Both the position numbers and the translations under genes were made by a program. From Perkinsus olseni (taxonomy: Eukaryota), in the NCBI GenBank assembly GCA_013115125.1, contig JABANN010000370.1, forward strand, positions 1-34,685: DNA of 34,685 bases. Reading direction: 5' to 3'. Below are positions 10,155 through 21,488 of this stretch, piece after piece. The notes under the pieces were generated by a model that did not search any database, had not been told where the DNA came from, and saw only the letters and a list, made by a program, of their open reading frames with translations. The number at the start of each line of letters is the position of its first letter. Within the stretch, counting starts at the first letter, position 1.

Positions 10155-12527
10155 ATGCTCGACTGCTTATTCATATTGAATCCATACGGGTATGAGGGTG
10201 TAGCGTCAGCAGTGCAGTAGCCTACTGTCCTTAGTGAGGAGATCACGTCGAAGGTTTGCCGTCGTCATCGGTCACTGGGCAGCTACAGGAAACTCTTCCA
10301 CACCCTCTTCAACAAACGAGACAAGTGCCCGACGAACAGCCTCTACGGCATAGTCCCTGAGGTGCTGTAGCTGCTAATGGTGTTGCTGTTACCTCCTGGA
10401 GCAGGGCTCTGAGGGCTGTCCATCATCATGCGCCTTGATCTATATATACAGGGAATACATCTACTTGGGAGCCATCGTCAGTAGGCCGGCCCCCCTGTTC
10501 AATCCATCGTCCTTCGACTTGTCCTCTCGAGGTTCGGACGTATCACCTTTGCTCATATTCGAACTGTTGGACTCCGTCTACTCGGTCCTGCTGCACTACT
10601 GCTCGGCTGCCGTGCACTCCACGTCGCTGACTGGTATGCTCCAGACTGAATAGGAGCCCGGGTTCTTGCCATAGCCCAGGTCCGTCTCACCAGGCAGTAG
10701 ATGAGGATCTCTTGCGTGACAACTTCAGCACTGTAGCCATTCTCTTAGACGAGATGATTGATGGTCCCGGGCTACCCTTCACAACCGATAAGGGCACCCT
10801 GGAGGTAGCCTCGGAGTAATCTCCCAATTCTTCTATTACCCAACTACTCCAGGTGATGCTACCTCCCCCTACTATGCTCGGCAAGTTCATCGCAGCAGTA
10901 GCCGGAACATCCGCCAAGATGGCAACTGACCGTCAGGAGGCCGTAGCGCCCCCTTCCTCCAATCTTAGCCTTGGCGTTCGTAAGCTATCCCGATAGAACC
11001 GCCGCTACCTGACCTCGCGGTTTGATATCAGCTCCCTTGGGTTCCTCCAACTTCGTCACCTCCGCTGTATCCACTATGCTCACCGGGGTTACCAACGCTA
11101 TGGCTGCCTCATCGGGCGCCTTGGTCAATGCTACTCAGAAGGAGGCCTCAATAGATATCGGTATCTAAACTCATCGTCACTTACAACTTCTCAAGGAGGT
11201 GTCGGTGATCTCTAGGTGGTCAGTGCTGGTGGCGTCCCAACTCTCCCAGCTATACCAGCAATGAACTCTATGTGGATGTAGTGGAGACCTTCAACTGCAT
11301 AGTCGACGAGAAGGGCTGCGTATTGGACGCTGATGTGGTAGTAGTATTGTACGCTTGGTGCTATATTCTCCTTGCCCCTGTACTCTAGGCGGGGGATATA
11401 TCAGTCATATCCAGGCTAAGTGGCCCAAGCCCTCATGCAGTGCTAACAGTGAGGAACCCTGACCTCCTGTCCAAGGGTGTGTCATGCTACAGCCTCTCAC
11501 GGTCTGACAGTTGAACTAGGTCTTGACAGGTACTGCGCATTTCCATCCATGCGTTGATCTTGAGAAGTGGCATGACGACCAGAAAGTATGCTTCGTCCCT
11601 GCCGATGGTCGATACTCCCTCTCCACCTACCATCTACCGATGCCTCTCTCCTCTGGGCTGCTACCAATACAACTAGACCTCAAGGCAGGTTCATTAAGCC
11701 TAGGATAGGCTCCGGTCCCCTGATATATATGCCTCCCGACAGGTATCATTTGATAGAGCTGGTGGTCGCATAGACTTCAAGGCCCGCCCCCGCGTTTCTG
11801 CTACTCTCAACTCTAAAGAGAACGTCGGCAGACGTTCGAGTGAGGGTCACGTCGATGAGTGAGAAGGTGTAATATGTTCCAGGTAGAGCACATCATCATC
11901 ATCATCAACCCCCAAGCATAGTGGTTGATGATGTTGTTGTGAGTATTCTCCTCCCAACCTCTGTGGGGTCCGGCTGCCTACAAACCTCCGTCAAGGGTGG
12001 GTGGTAGGGAGCGCCAGGTCGGGGCAGTGCCTTTGCGCAGGTGAACTGCCATTCAGCTTGCCTCAGCCCTCGCCCTCCATCCGTGTTGATACTACCTCGG
12101 ACGGTGGATCAGTAGTCATCTGGCATGTAGGGCAGCTAGCCTCGGATGCTGCCGGTGGGGAGGTGATCATCACAGCGGGCCTCCTACTGTGCTGGTGGCG
12201 GTCACTCAGTGCTGCCTCAGGACACTCTTGTTGCCGCCACTGGCACCTTGTCGTATCGGGGAGATGAGTCTGCTGCTGCTGCTGCTGCTGCTGCTCTGTC
12301 AGCAGAGATGGCTAATGAACAGCGATGCATGTACTCCAATCATGGCTATAATACATGCTTGCATGCAATCGTCCTTCAGAGCTCAAGTCGGGTTCTCTGT
12401 CCGAGGCTGGTGCATCAGCGGCCTCCGACTGGACAGTCTTGAGGTTTCGGCCACAGGAGGGTACACACTTCAGAAGGGATGCCGCTACTCTACAGTGGCG
12501 GGGCTGGTAGACTTCCGTGTATCATGA
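10155..12527 (+). CDS. AP3M: AP-3 adaptor complex medium (mu) subunit, many short exons
   Basis: N-terminus MLDCLFILNPYG; LLRDNFSTVAILLDEMIDG..PFTTD; MLPPPT; WWRPNSPSYTSNELYVDVVETFNCIVDEKG; FHPCVDLEKW..KVCFVPADGRY; C-terminus ISGLRLDSLEV..QKGCRYSTVAGLVDFRV*. This motif set is characteristic of mu-adaptins and closest to mu3. Confidence 0.88.
12272..12295 (+). repeat. (GCT)8 repeat, probable poly-Ala within AP3M
   Basis: Read directly; frame GDESAAAAAAAALSAE. Confidence 0.85.
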
Positions 12528-12793
12528 ATCATGTTGTCATCAGCAGCTCTAACGCTGGTTTCCACCTTTCCCGGGTGTTGTGTTAGTGCTGAGTGGAGGC
12601 GAAGGGTGGCTCCTCATGAACTGATAAAAAGTCGTCGGGGTCTAACCAACTCGCGTTTACAGGGGGGCTGAGCCCAGTGGCGGGCTTCCAGGAGTGATGA
12701 TAAGTGTTGTGCAGTGGTGATAGGAGGGACACAAAGGCGATGACGTTGCTGTGGCTCGGAGGTGATCGATCCTTTACCTTATCCTCTTAGTGC

Positions 12794-14820
12794 TTGTCTT
12801 ATGACCTCTTCCTACCTCTCTTAGAGGTTCCTCGAATGTCGCTTTGCTACTCGCCGATACCGAGCGAAGAAGATGACGGCGATGATGCAAACCAGAATGG
12901 GACCCTTCCTGTCAAACCATCGATTCTCCCAACGAACTCTCCCTTCGTCCTTCGTCCTGATCCCTACGCCCCCGACCTGGCTACCCTCTACCGACCAAAT
13001 GACGACACCCCAGTATGTGATGTACAACATCCGTACACCTCCCTCAACGCTAAGATCACTCATGCCTCCGTAGTTGAGGATGATGACGAGCCAGAGCCCA
13101 GTTATCTGTTCCTGGGATACGACTTCGGTCAGTGTGCACTCACTCTGGATGTCTCTTCGGATGTCCTCTTATGTTAGGTTTGGACCTCAAATCCAAGGAG
13201 GACCGTCTATCACAGATCTACAATGCAGGGGCGGTGCTTGGATGGGACTGCCGTACGGGGGAGGTAACGCTTAAAGTTAGCCACTGCTCACACGGTCGGG
13301 CTTATCGCGGCCTTACATAGGTTATTGATTCTGTGGCGATTCCTGGGGCTTCCTGTATGTATGTTAGAGGTAGTTCCTCTGGTATGGTAGCAGCTACTAC
13401 TATATACGAGAGGATCAAGCCGCGTAAAAGGAGGGCGTTCTATCGCCCACAAACGACCATATATGTCTACGTGTACACTGATAATCACTACCATCTACTC
13501 AAGCCAATAGCCCCGCGGGGTTACAGGAGCAGTCCTGTAGCGATGGTCGCAGACTCGACGTGAGCTCATGTGCAACCCCTTCCTGCCATAGTTAGGCCTA
13601 CTGCGCAGGTGTGCAAGATTCATGGTCATCTTGACCAAGAATGGCAGACTGCTGCATCAACACCTCCTAGGCCCGAGCATCTCTATGGAGGTGACTGCTC
13701 TCAAGGATGGCCCCGGTCCTGAGGGGGCCGAGCTGGCACTGCTCAATGACGATATGACCGGGATACTTCTCGAACGATCGCGACCACGAGTCGTCATCTT
13801 CATAGCAGAAGGTCAGCTGGATGCACAGCTGGTGGGCTCCGCAGCACGCTGTCCCTGCGTCTTTCAGCCCGTCACGGTGTGGAAGTACTCCAACAAGTCG
13901 ACCTCCGAGCCGTGATGGAAGCCTCGGGACAGAACTTCTCCCAACTACTCAAGGGCGGAGCTCTCCTACCTCACTTTGGAGGGGAGGGATTCGCCGTCCT
14001 GTGGAACAACAACTACATATTCTTCGACATGTACTCGGACACCGAGGGGGTTAAGCGTAGGTGTGTACTCCTCACAGCAATCACCCTCTGCCTCGCAGGC
14101 GCCTGCCAGAAAACTCGTACAGTAGCGTCATTGAAGCGGCCCTCGGGGATTGACCTTCTTGCTGCTGTGCCTACTACAGTACATTGGCTCGCTGTGTAAG
14201 CTACAAGCCGCTACAACCTCCTTGGGAACTCGCCGTACCCTCGTCAGGCAGCTGAGTGACGATCGGCTCCTCTGGAGGTGGTGGAGCCCCGGGGAAGTAG
14301 GATACTCAGCCTCGTGTCTCCTGAGGGATACACTCGACTTCAGACTCTCATCAAAGAGGAACCGAGGTCCGCGTGCGGAGCGGTGAAGGAGGAGCCAGCA
14401 GTAGAGGAAGGAGGAGGCGCTCAGACCATCGTGAAGGCTGAGCCGGGCCTAGACTACATGCCTACGGATCCAGGGGATGACGCCGAGGAGGAGCCGGACT
14501 ACGATGGAGCTCTCCGAGATGAAGAGCGGGATGATATTGTAAAGCGTGCTCCTGACGGAGGAGGTCCACGAGCACTGTCAGGAAGTGATATCCTTGTCCG
14601 ACTCAGTGGATGATGATGATAGCGATATAGAGATCATAGAGCCCGCCGTCGTCGACCTCGGTAGTTGTACTAGTACTGTAGCACTGGTATAGTGACTTCA
14701 TCATGGTAAGATGCTGTGGAGGGAGGTGTGGCAGTCGAGGCACCTTGGCGGGGTACTGCTATGTACGCCGAGGACGAGAATGGTGTTATACTGCTTGATG
14801 AGGACATGGAGGATGACAGA

Positions 14821-14854
<34 letters not shown>

Positions 14855-17800
14855 TCCCTGGTGACCTCAACTTGCCAAAGATTACTAGTAGCCCGCTTCT
14901 TGTAAGGTATCGCTTCTCACGGTAGCGCCGAAGGGCCTCACGAAGGGTTAGAAGGTCACCTATCCGGTGGTAATGAATGTGTTGTGGCCTCGGTAATACT
15001 CCACCCTTCCCTAGTAGGTGCCGTCAGCTTGGAGCTCCCCCCGGAGTCGAGAAGCCGATGTAAGTTTCTTTGACTCCATTGTAGCCTACGCTCGAAGATT
15101 GATTCTGTTGGTGTCCTTGGCTGTAAGGAGTATTGCCATGTAGATGCCCGTGGCAAATCTATAGAGTTCAGCCCTCTGTCTGTCTCCACGTCGGCAAGTA
15201 CCGCAGACGAGCATGCCAAGGAGCTTTGGAACAGGGCTCAGGCCGATGAGGCGATGGGCTGTGAGATCGAAGCTCAAGACTGGTGAGCAAACTCGGCTGC
15301 ACACCGACTGTTCACGCTGTGCTTACAGGGCGGCCGTACAGTGGCCGGACGTCTTCGAGCAGAATCAGACCAGAAGGAGGAGGCTGATTGATCGCCTTTT
15401 GTCCGACATAAAAACAAAGTGGTCGTCAACTCTCTGCCTCCGGCCAAGGTGGCTAGCCTCCTCTCAAAGCTACAGCGTTGATTCCTGTTTTCTCAGAATA
15501 CCTCCGTTACTGGAAACTGATATTGAGGAAGTGGGGAAGTGCTTCCAAAGGCTAGCCAAGCGGAGAGGTGAGGAGGCTAGCCCTCCCTCGATTCATCCGC
15601 CCCGGTGGCGCACACACTAACCGTCTACTTCCATACTAGGTCCAGCGTTGATTCTTGATGTCCGTCAAGCCACCAAGAGGGAGCGGCACCTATTCCTCAG
15701 CTCGCTGATGGCTGGTAGCCTTCTTGTCCTGGGTAATGAAGATGATGATGACAAGCAGCAGAGCCAGTGAGTCACTGCATCACGCGGTCAGCATATTGTC
15801 TGTTGTACTACAGGCCCTCGAGCAGTAGTGCATCTTCCTCTTCTCAAGCTACTGCAGTCTCTGAGGAGAATCTTTCATCCATCCGTAGCGATGCTGAGGA
15901 CTTGGAGACCCCTGTTAAGATGTTCCAAAGAATTACGGGTGTATCCTGGGACAGGACTAGGGCCCTGGCTGCCCAGATGTGCCGGACTGTCGCCGCCTTT
16001 TCGGACTACGAGCAACGGTAGGATTGAGGAGGACGACAGCGGCAACACCATAGTGATGACTCGCCGCTGTTCCCTACTCCAGCACGGAAATCTTCGCTCG
16101 AGTCCATAAGCGTCACCTTGAGAATCAAAAGGCGGACACCAAACAGGGCTACAAGCACTACTGGTGGATACGGTGCGATCGCTGCGGGTAGGAGGGATGC
16201 TTCTCAGTGTCAGCTCCTCGGACTGTCTTGTTATTGTATCAGGAAGTATCGCCGTGCACCTTACTATATCGCTAAGCAACATGGGGTCGATAACGAGACT
16301 CCGCCAGAGTTCCATTGTGGGCTGCTGCTGCAGCAGAGGTTGGAGGGCAGCAGGAATCTGGTAGGTTGAGCGGCGGCGGCGGTGGCGGCCTTCGTCATCA
16401 CCTGTACGATGGCCTGACTTCTTGTCAGTGGAAACCGCTGTCATGCGAGGATCCGCCCGATGAGGCGGAGACCGACGAGGATGAGCAGCTCAAAGCCCAG
16501 AGGTAACGGCTGCCGTCGCTTGTGCATGCGTGCTACTGGTACTGATGAAAGATACGATACAGAGTCGTCATCCTCCGATACCAACACTGAGTACGATTCA
16601 GAGCAGGAACGTCGTCGTGATGAGCGATGTGCGGGTATTGTTACAGCTAAGCGGAGGCATCAGAAAGAGAGGACTCTAGGACGGAAGGTGGGCAGCCATC
16701 ATCATCGTCCGGCTCTAGGGTGATGACGGGCTGTTGTCCAGGTCAAGTTGATAAAGAAGAACTTGAGGAAGTGGAACAAGAAGATCAGCAAAGCTGAGGC
16801 CGACGAGATAGAGAGAGCTCGGAAGGAGAGGGCGAAGTATGCTGGTAACGATGATATCAATGATGATGATTGGCCGAAGCCTGGGAAAAGGGATGCGGGA
16901 TGGTAAGTTGATACTCATCACACCCTCTGACGACTCTAAGGCCTCCCGACACTCTTCTCGATCATTCATCAGAGCCATAACCTCTACGGTCTCAGAGCAT
17001 CGATCACTTGCGCGTGTGAGCTCAAAGTCCAACGTCTCGGGCACATGAGCGCTTTCCACGCGGTTAGTTGGTATACCGATAGAAGGACTTTGAGGACTTC
17101 TTTCCTCTGAGCGCCCGCAGTAGGGACCCTGTATGTTGCCCATCTCTTCGTAGGGTGGAGGGTCAGCACAATAGTGAAGGTAGTTCCCCATCCCAACTCC
17201 AATTAAATACGAGCGGCGCTTCTTCTACTACCAGGGCTGAAACATCGGCCTTCTCCTTCGGTAAGGCTAACATCATGCTCCTCTGAGGGATCAACTCGTC
17301 TCTCGGCAGCTCAACCGGTCACACATGTATTTCAGGATCCCATTATGAGTCCGATTCGGATCCTGACAACGACTTGGGCGATCTTCCAAGCGACCCGGAC
17401 GAGAACGAAGAGCTCAAGAGGCTTGCCGGGAGGATCCTCCGTGTGCACATGTCGAGCCTCAACTCGTATTCTCGCTTCGGGAGGAGACCGCAGCGCAAGA
17501 AGCCTTCCAGCCTCGGGACTACAGATCAGCAATCTCGGGTGAGTGCGTCAGGGAGCGTAGCTTGCTCTGTATCCGATGTTGTGTTCTCGTCAGTCTAAGC
17601 CCGCCGCCTCTCCCAAGAAGAAGGACCAGCGTTCGGCTCCCGAGAAGGTGCTCACTACGGTCATGAACGCCAGCTCTGAGGATGCACCCTGGGAGACTGT
17701 AATGGCCATCGTATACAGCAGCCCTCCATGCCATCTTTCCCTAGGTCTTCATGACCGAGGTTGCTGATAACAAGAATCTGAAAGAGTCGGTGAAGGATGA

Positions 17801-18559
17801 CTTAATTAAAATGATGCGGTAATGACCGCCGCTGCCTGCCTAGCCTTGAAGTATCGACTCTTTCTTCTCGATGTGGTTATACACTGCTTAGGGTTCTAAC
17901 AGACGAACTCGCCAACGGAGGCTCTCTGTCGACGCTACGACGATGCCTTCAAGTTGGCAGGGCTGTTAAACGATGGATACCCGAAGAGGCTTCCTCTTGG
18001 AGTCCAATACGGAAGGTTGCCTCTGAGTTGGTATTCCTAGCTAGGGACCAGATCCGGGAGCTGAGCCTCTGTCCTGGAGCTGCTGCGGTGAGTGTACCCA
18101 GATAGTGGGCCCTTTATTTCACTCATCATCCTTCCACTATCAGGCTGATGTCTTGCTGATGCCACCTGAGGTAGGCCATCATCATCAGGCAGCAGCTGGT
18201 GTACGGAGGCATAGACCAGAAGGTGATGTTAGCAGTACCATGCATAACATCATACAGGGTATAGCTAGGGATGCAGGCGAGGCTGCGGCGAACTCCAGGA
18301 AGAGCAGCAAACTACGACGAAGTAGGCTCTGTATGTATAGCCCCGACTCTACGAACTGTCCCTATTTTCAGTTGGTGAACAGCCGGACTCAGAGCCCTCT
18401 AGACCGAGCTTAGCCGATCCGAGAACCGACGATGGGGACCCGAGAGGGGACTCGGACGGCGAGGCCGCCGATGTCGAAGATCTTGACGATGATAGTTCCG
18501 ATGGTGATGATGATGTTGTTGTTGATGTTGATAATGATGTTATACTTGATGTCTACTGA
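12794..18559 (+). CDS. Large multi-exon protein: beta-rich N-terminal region, acidic linker, unrecognised domain, CW-type zinc finger, charged C-terminus (5' end unresolved; could be more than one gene)
   Basis: Continuous + strand exon chain. Splicing introns 16188-16242 and 16361-16428 gives WWIRCDRCGKYRRAPYY...EFHCGLL...WKPLSCEDPPDE, matching the zf-CW pattern. Acidic last exon ends VILDVY* at 18559. Confidence 0.6.
14821..14850 (+). repeat. (GCT)10 repeat, probable poly-Ala tract
   Basis: Read directly; frame EDDRAAAAAAAAAAVVPG. Confidence 0.85.
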
Positions 18560-18717
18560 TTTTAATATTTCCTTCCTACCCTTCCCTGGTAGTAGTATCG
18601 TCGAATACCGTCGCTGTGCACTGTGTCATCATAATGTTAAGTTTTCTGATTTACTACATCCAAATTCGTCTTAGTGTTGTTAAGTAACCCGTTCGAGCTC
18701 CAGCGCCGAGTTCGGCC

Positions 18718-20659
18718 ATGATCATAGCTTTTCCTCCATTCCCCATAATGTCATCATCATCACGTGCATCCTTCGATTACCCTGCAGGTGGCATGATGTC
18801 GACGGTGGACTCTGGTGGTCGCCATGTTGCCTCGTCCTCGTGGTTACAAATACCAGTCATAATCATTGACGATACTGAGTCGGGTGAGATCGCGGCGGAG
18901 TCCTCCTCATCGACGGCAGGTCTGAGACGTCTCTCTCGCTGGGATCTTTTTGATTCAGAGAAAACGGAAATACGAAGCTCTCCCGTGAATGAGAACGACG
19001 AGGTGCCGAGGGTGAGCATTGCAGCAGTGAGCTTGGGAAGGGAGGTCCCAAGGGGGAGCTGTACAACAGTGGATGAGGAGGAGTTGCCAAGGAGGTGCTC
19101 TGCAGTAGCAGGGGAGTCGGGCCGGACACGGGCAGACGCAGTCCCAGGAAGAGATGCAGAAGACGAAGACTGGTAGGCTGCTCTGCTCGGCCAGAGCCCG
19201 ATACTTCCTTCTCGCGCTTCGCCTATCCTCGTGCCAGTGGTACTTCGAGTAGGGCCCCTGTCCGCTGGCCAGACGTCTGTGAGCCCAGTCCAGCGAGGAG
19301 GAGACGACTTCTCGACCGATTGATATCCGACTTGGAAGCTGCTTGGAGTCCGGCGCTCTGCCTTCGCCCGAGGTGGTGAGCCTTGGGCTCCCTTCACCAA
19401 CTTAGGCGTCTACGGGATACTCAGGACCCATGCCCTGTCACAGTCTGAGATGGAACGGGTCGGTCGATGCTTCGGGGAGCTCACCCGGCAGAAAGGTAGT
19501 ATCGTCGTTGTGGATGCCGCCCCTAGGGGTTCCTAGTATTGCAGCCTGCACATCAGTCACCTGAGTGCGGTAGAGGATCCCAATACGTCTTCATCGGACC
19601 ACCATAGCCGAGAGCAGTGCTGGGACTTCCCTTGTCGTTTAGGTCCTGCACGTATCCTCGATCTACGCCACTGCACTCCGCGAGATAAGAAGGACTTTTT
19701 GGCCTCGCTGCTGGCTGGCAGCCTCTTTAATGCCGACCCCGATGATACCGGCCAATTCAAGATGTTTCGTCTTGTCATTGGTCAACTCGCGGGGGAATGT
19801 CCAGCCTTCGCTGCTCGGCTGTGCTACAAGACGGCGGTCTTGTCCGACTACCAACGGAGGTGGGTGTGGGCACTGCCGCCAGTTGTCGTTCGCCTTCATT
19901 TGCCGCTGGGTTGTGTGCGTGAGAATCTCCTCCGATAGAGCCGACTCAGCACGTACGTAACTGCATGTATCTTTCGGTTTATCTACAGTTTCACCGACCT
20001 TATTCATTACAACCATGCGGCTGCGGGAATTTCAAAATGAGCCTAGACCTTCTTTTTTTCAGCTCTACGGTAACCGCCAGCCGCAGCCGTGGACACCGTT
20101 CTGATGGCACAGCAGCTAAGGAGCACTACCGCTACGAGCGTTCCTGGTGGGCACAGTGCTCTCGATGCCGGTAAGAGCTGCTGGGGGGGGCTTCATGTCG
20201 TAGGAGGGCTCCCATCATGGTTTCACCCTGAATCCTGAAACTTTCAGAAAGTACCGTCGAGTGCCTTCCCATGTCGGCCGGCATTACGAGTCTGGTAAAG
20301 GGCCTGTACTGGCCGGCGAGTTCCATTGTGGTACGTTGCAAGTGCGGGTGGTGGGGACCAAGGCTTCGGTGAGTTTTGACTGTCGGGCCCCGACAGTCGG
20401 GGTCCGTCCAAGATAGTTTTCATCTACAGTGGAGACGAGTCACGTGTGAAGACTCACCCGATGAACTCGTGACTGGTGAAGTAGAGTTGTCTCGGAGTCG
20501 GGTTCATCGAGCAGGCAAAGCGTGCCAGAAGGAGGCTCGCAAGAGGGAACGGAAATCTCTTGGGTGAGCCTTGAAAGCTGCTTTCCTTCGGTGTGACTGA
20601 CTTCGGAGCACCAAAGCGCTCATTCCTGGGCGATGAGGGAGTTTGTAGCAGCTCGGTAA
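18718..20659 (+). CDS. Shorter tandem paralog of the central part of the upstream gene (unrecognised domain + CW-type zinc finger); ends approximate
   Basis: RAPVRWPDVCEPSPARRRRLLDRLISDLEAAWSPALCLRPR aligns to RAAVQWPDVFEQNQTRRRRLIDRLLSDIKTKWSSTLCLRPR. Splicing introns 20171-20247 and 20369-20429 gives WWAQCSRCRKYRRVP...EFHCGTL...WRRVTCEDSPDE. Confidence 0.65.
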
Positions 20660-21080
20660 TATGTAGCCTATCGACACTCTAGGATCACTCGCCATTGTGA
20701 CAACAATAACACTTATATCTTCTTCTATAACATCTCGCCGCGGTATCGGACAAACAGGACTGAAACACCCTCGTAGGTCGAATCATTCATTTCTCATCTC
20801 TTCATCTTCAGTTACCGGAAGCGTAAGAGCCTTTAGGCAGAAGTGATCGATGATTTTGTTATTAATCTGTGCTTATGCACGTTGCCGGTGTCTTGCTTAA
20901 TGTTTTTCTACAATCCTCGACTGTTTGGTTATTCGTAGTCACCTCTCATGAGTTTCACCCTGCATGAAAGACTCTCATGGATCGTCAAGCTCCTAGAACA
21001 TAGAACAATAGAACACGGTAACCCTAAGTAGTGGTGGGAACCAGTAATAAACTGAACAATCGATCATCGTCGAGTACCAT

Positions 21081-21361
21081 CTATCCACCACTCTCCTCGG
21101 GTGACTCTTTCTGTCGCTTCTCTCGTTCCTGCATGCATCGGCTATATACCTCTCGAATGGACTCACACTGTATCGTCTCCTTCGCAGGGGTCCTGTGATC
21201 ATCGATACGCCCGATGAAGCCGTGTTAGTCGACGATGGTCATCACCTTTGCAAGCACTTCAAGTACTCATCGAGTTCCGGTTCACATGGCAGAGGCTGAG
21301 TAGTCGGATGGGACTTGTCCAGCCCGTCCTGCTGTCCAACTGTAGATGGCTGTTGACCCAT
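21081..21361 (-). CDS. 75-aa twin-CX9C (CHCH-domain) protein with an N-myristoylation motif; exons 21361-21246 and 21192-21081
   Basis: A 53-nt GT-AG intron (21245-21193) joins MGQQPSTVGQQDGLDKSHPTTQPLPCEPELDEYLKCLQR to TPAKETIQCESIREVYSRCMQEREKRQKESPEESGG*. Spacing is C26-x9-C36-x11-C48-x9-C58. Absent from the ORF track. Confidence 0.8.
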
Positions 21362-21488
21362 GAGGGGATAATACAGCACCTCAGCAGACCGCACTTCTGA
21401 TTACAACACCACAAAAAAAGTTCTTGCACTGAAACATTCTTGAAACAAATGATGAGGACCATCCAGGAGCCCTCCACGCGTAGCTTCT

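Noticed and set aside
2292-12527. GBF1 and AP3M as a functional trafficking cluster
   Set aside because: Only two genes, separated by an unrelated one; proximity is plausibly chance.
20993-21477. ORF-track peptides 21259-21477 and 20993-21202 (-)
   Set aside because: Wrong frames; the spliced twin-CX9C reading is far more coherent.
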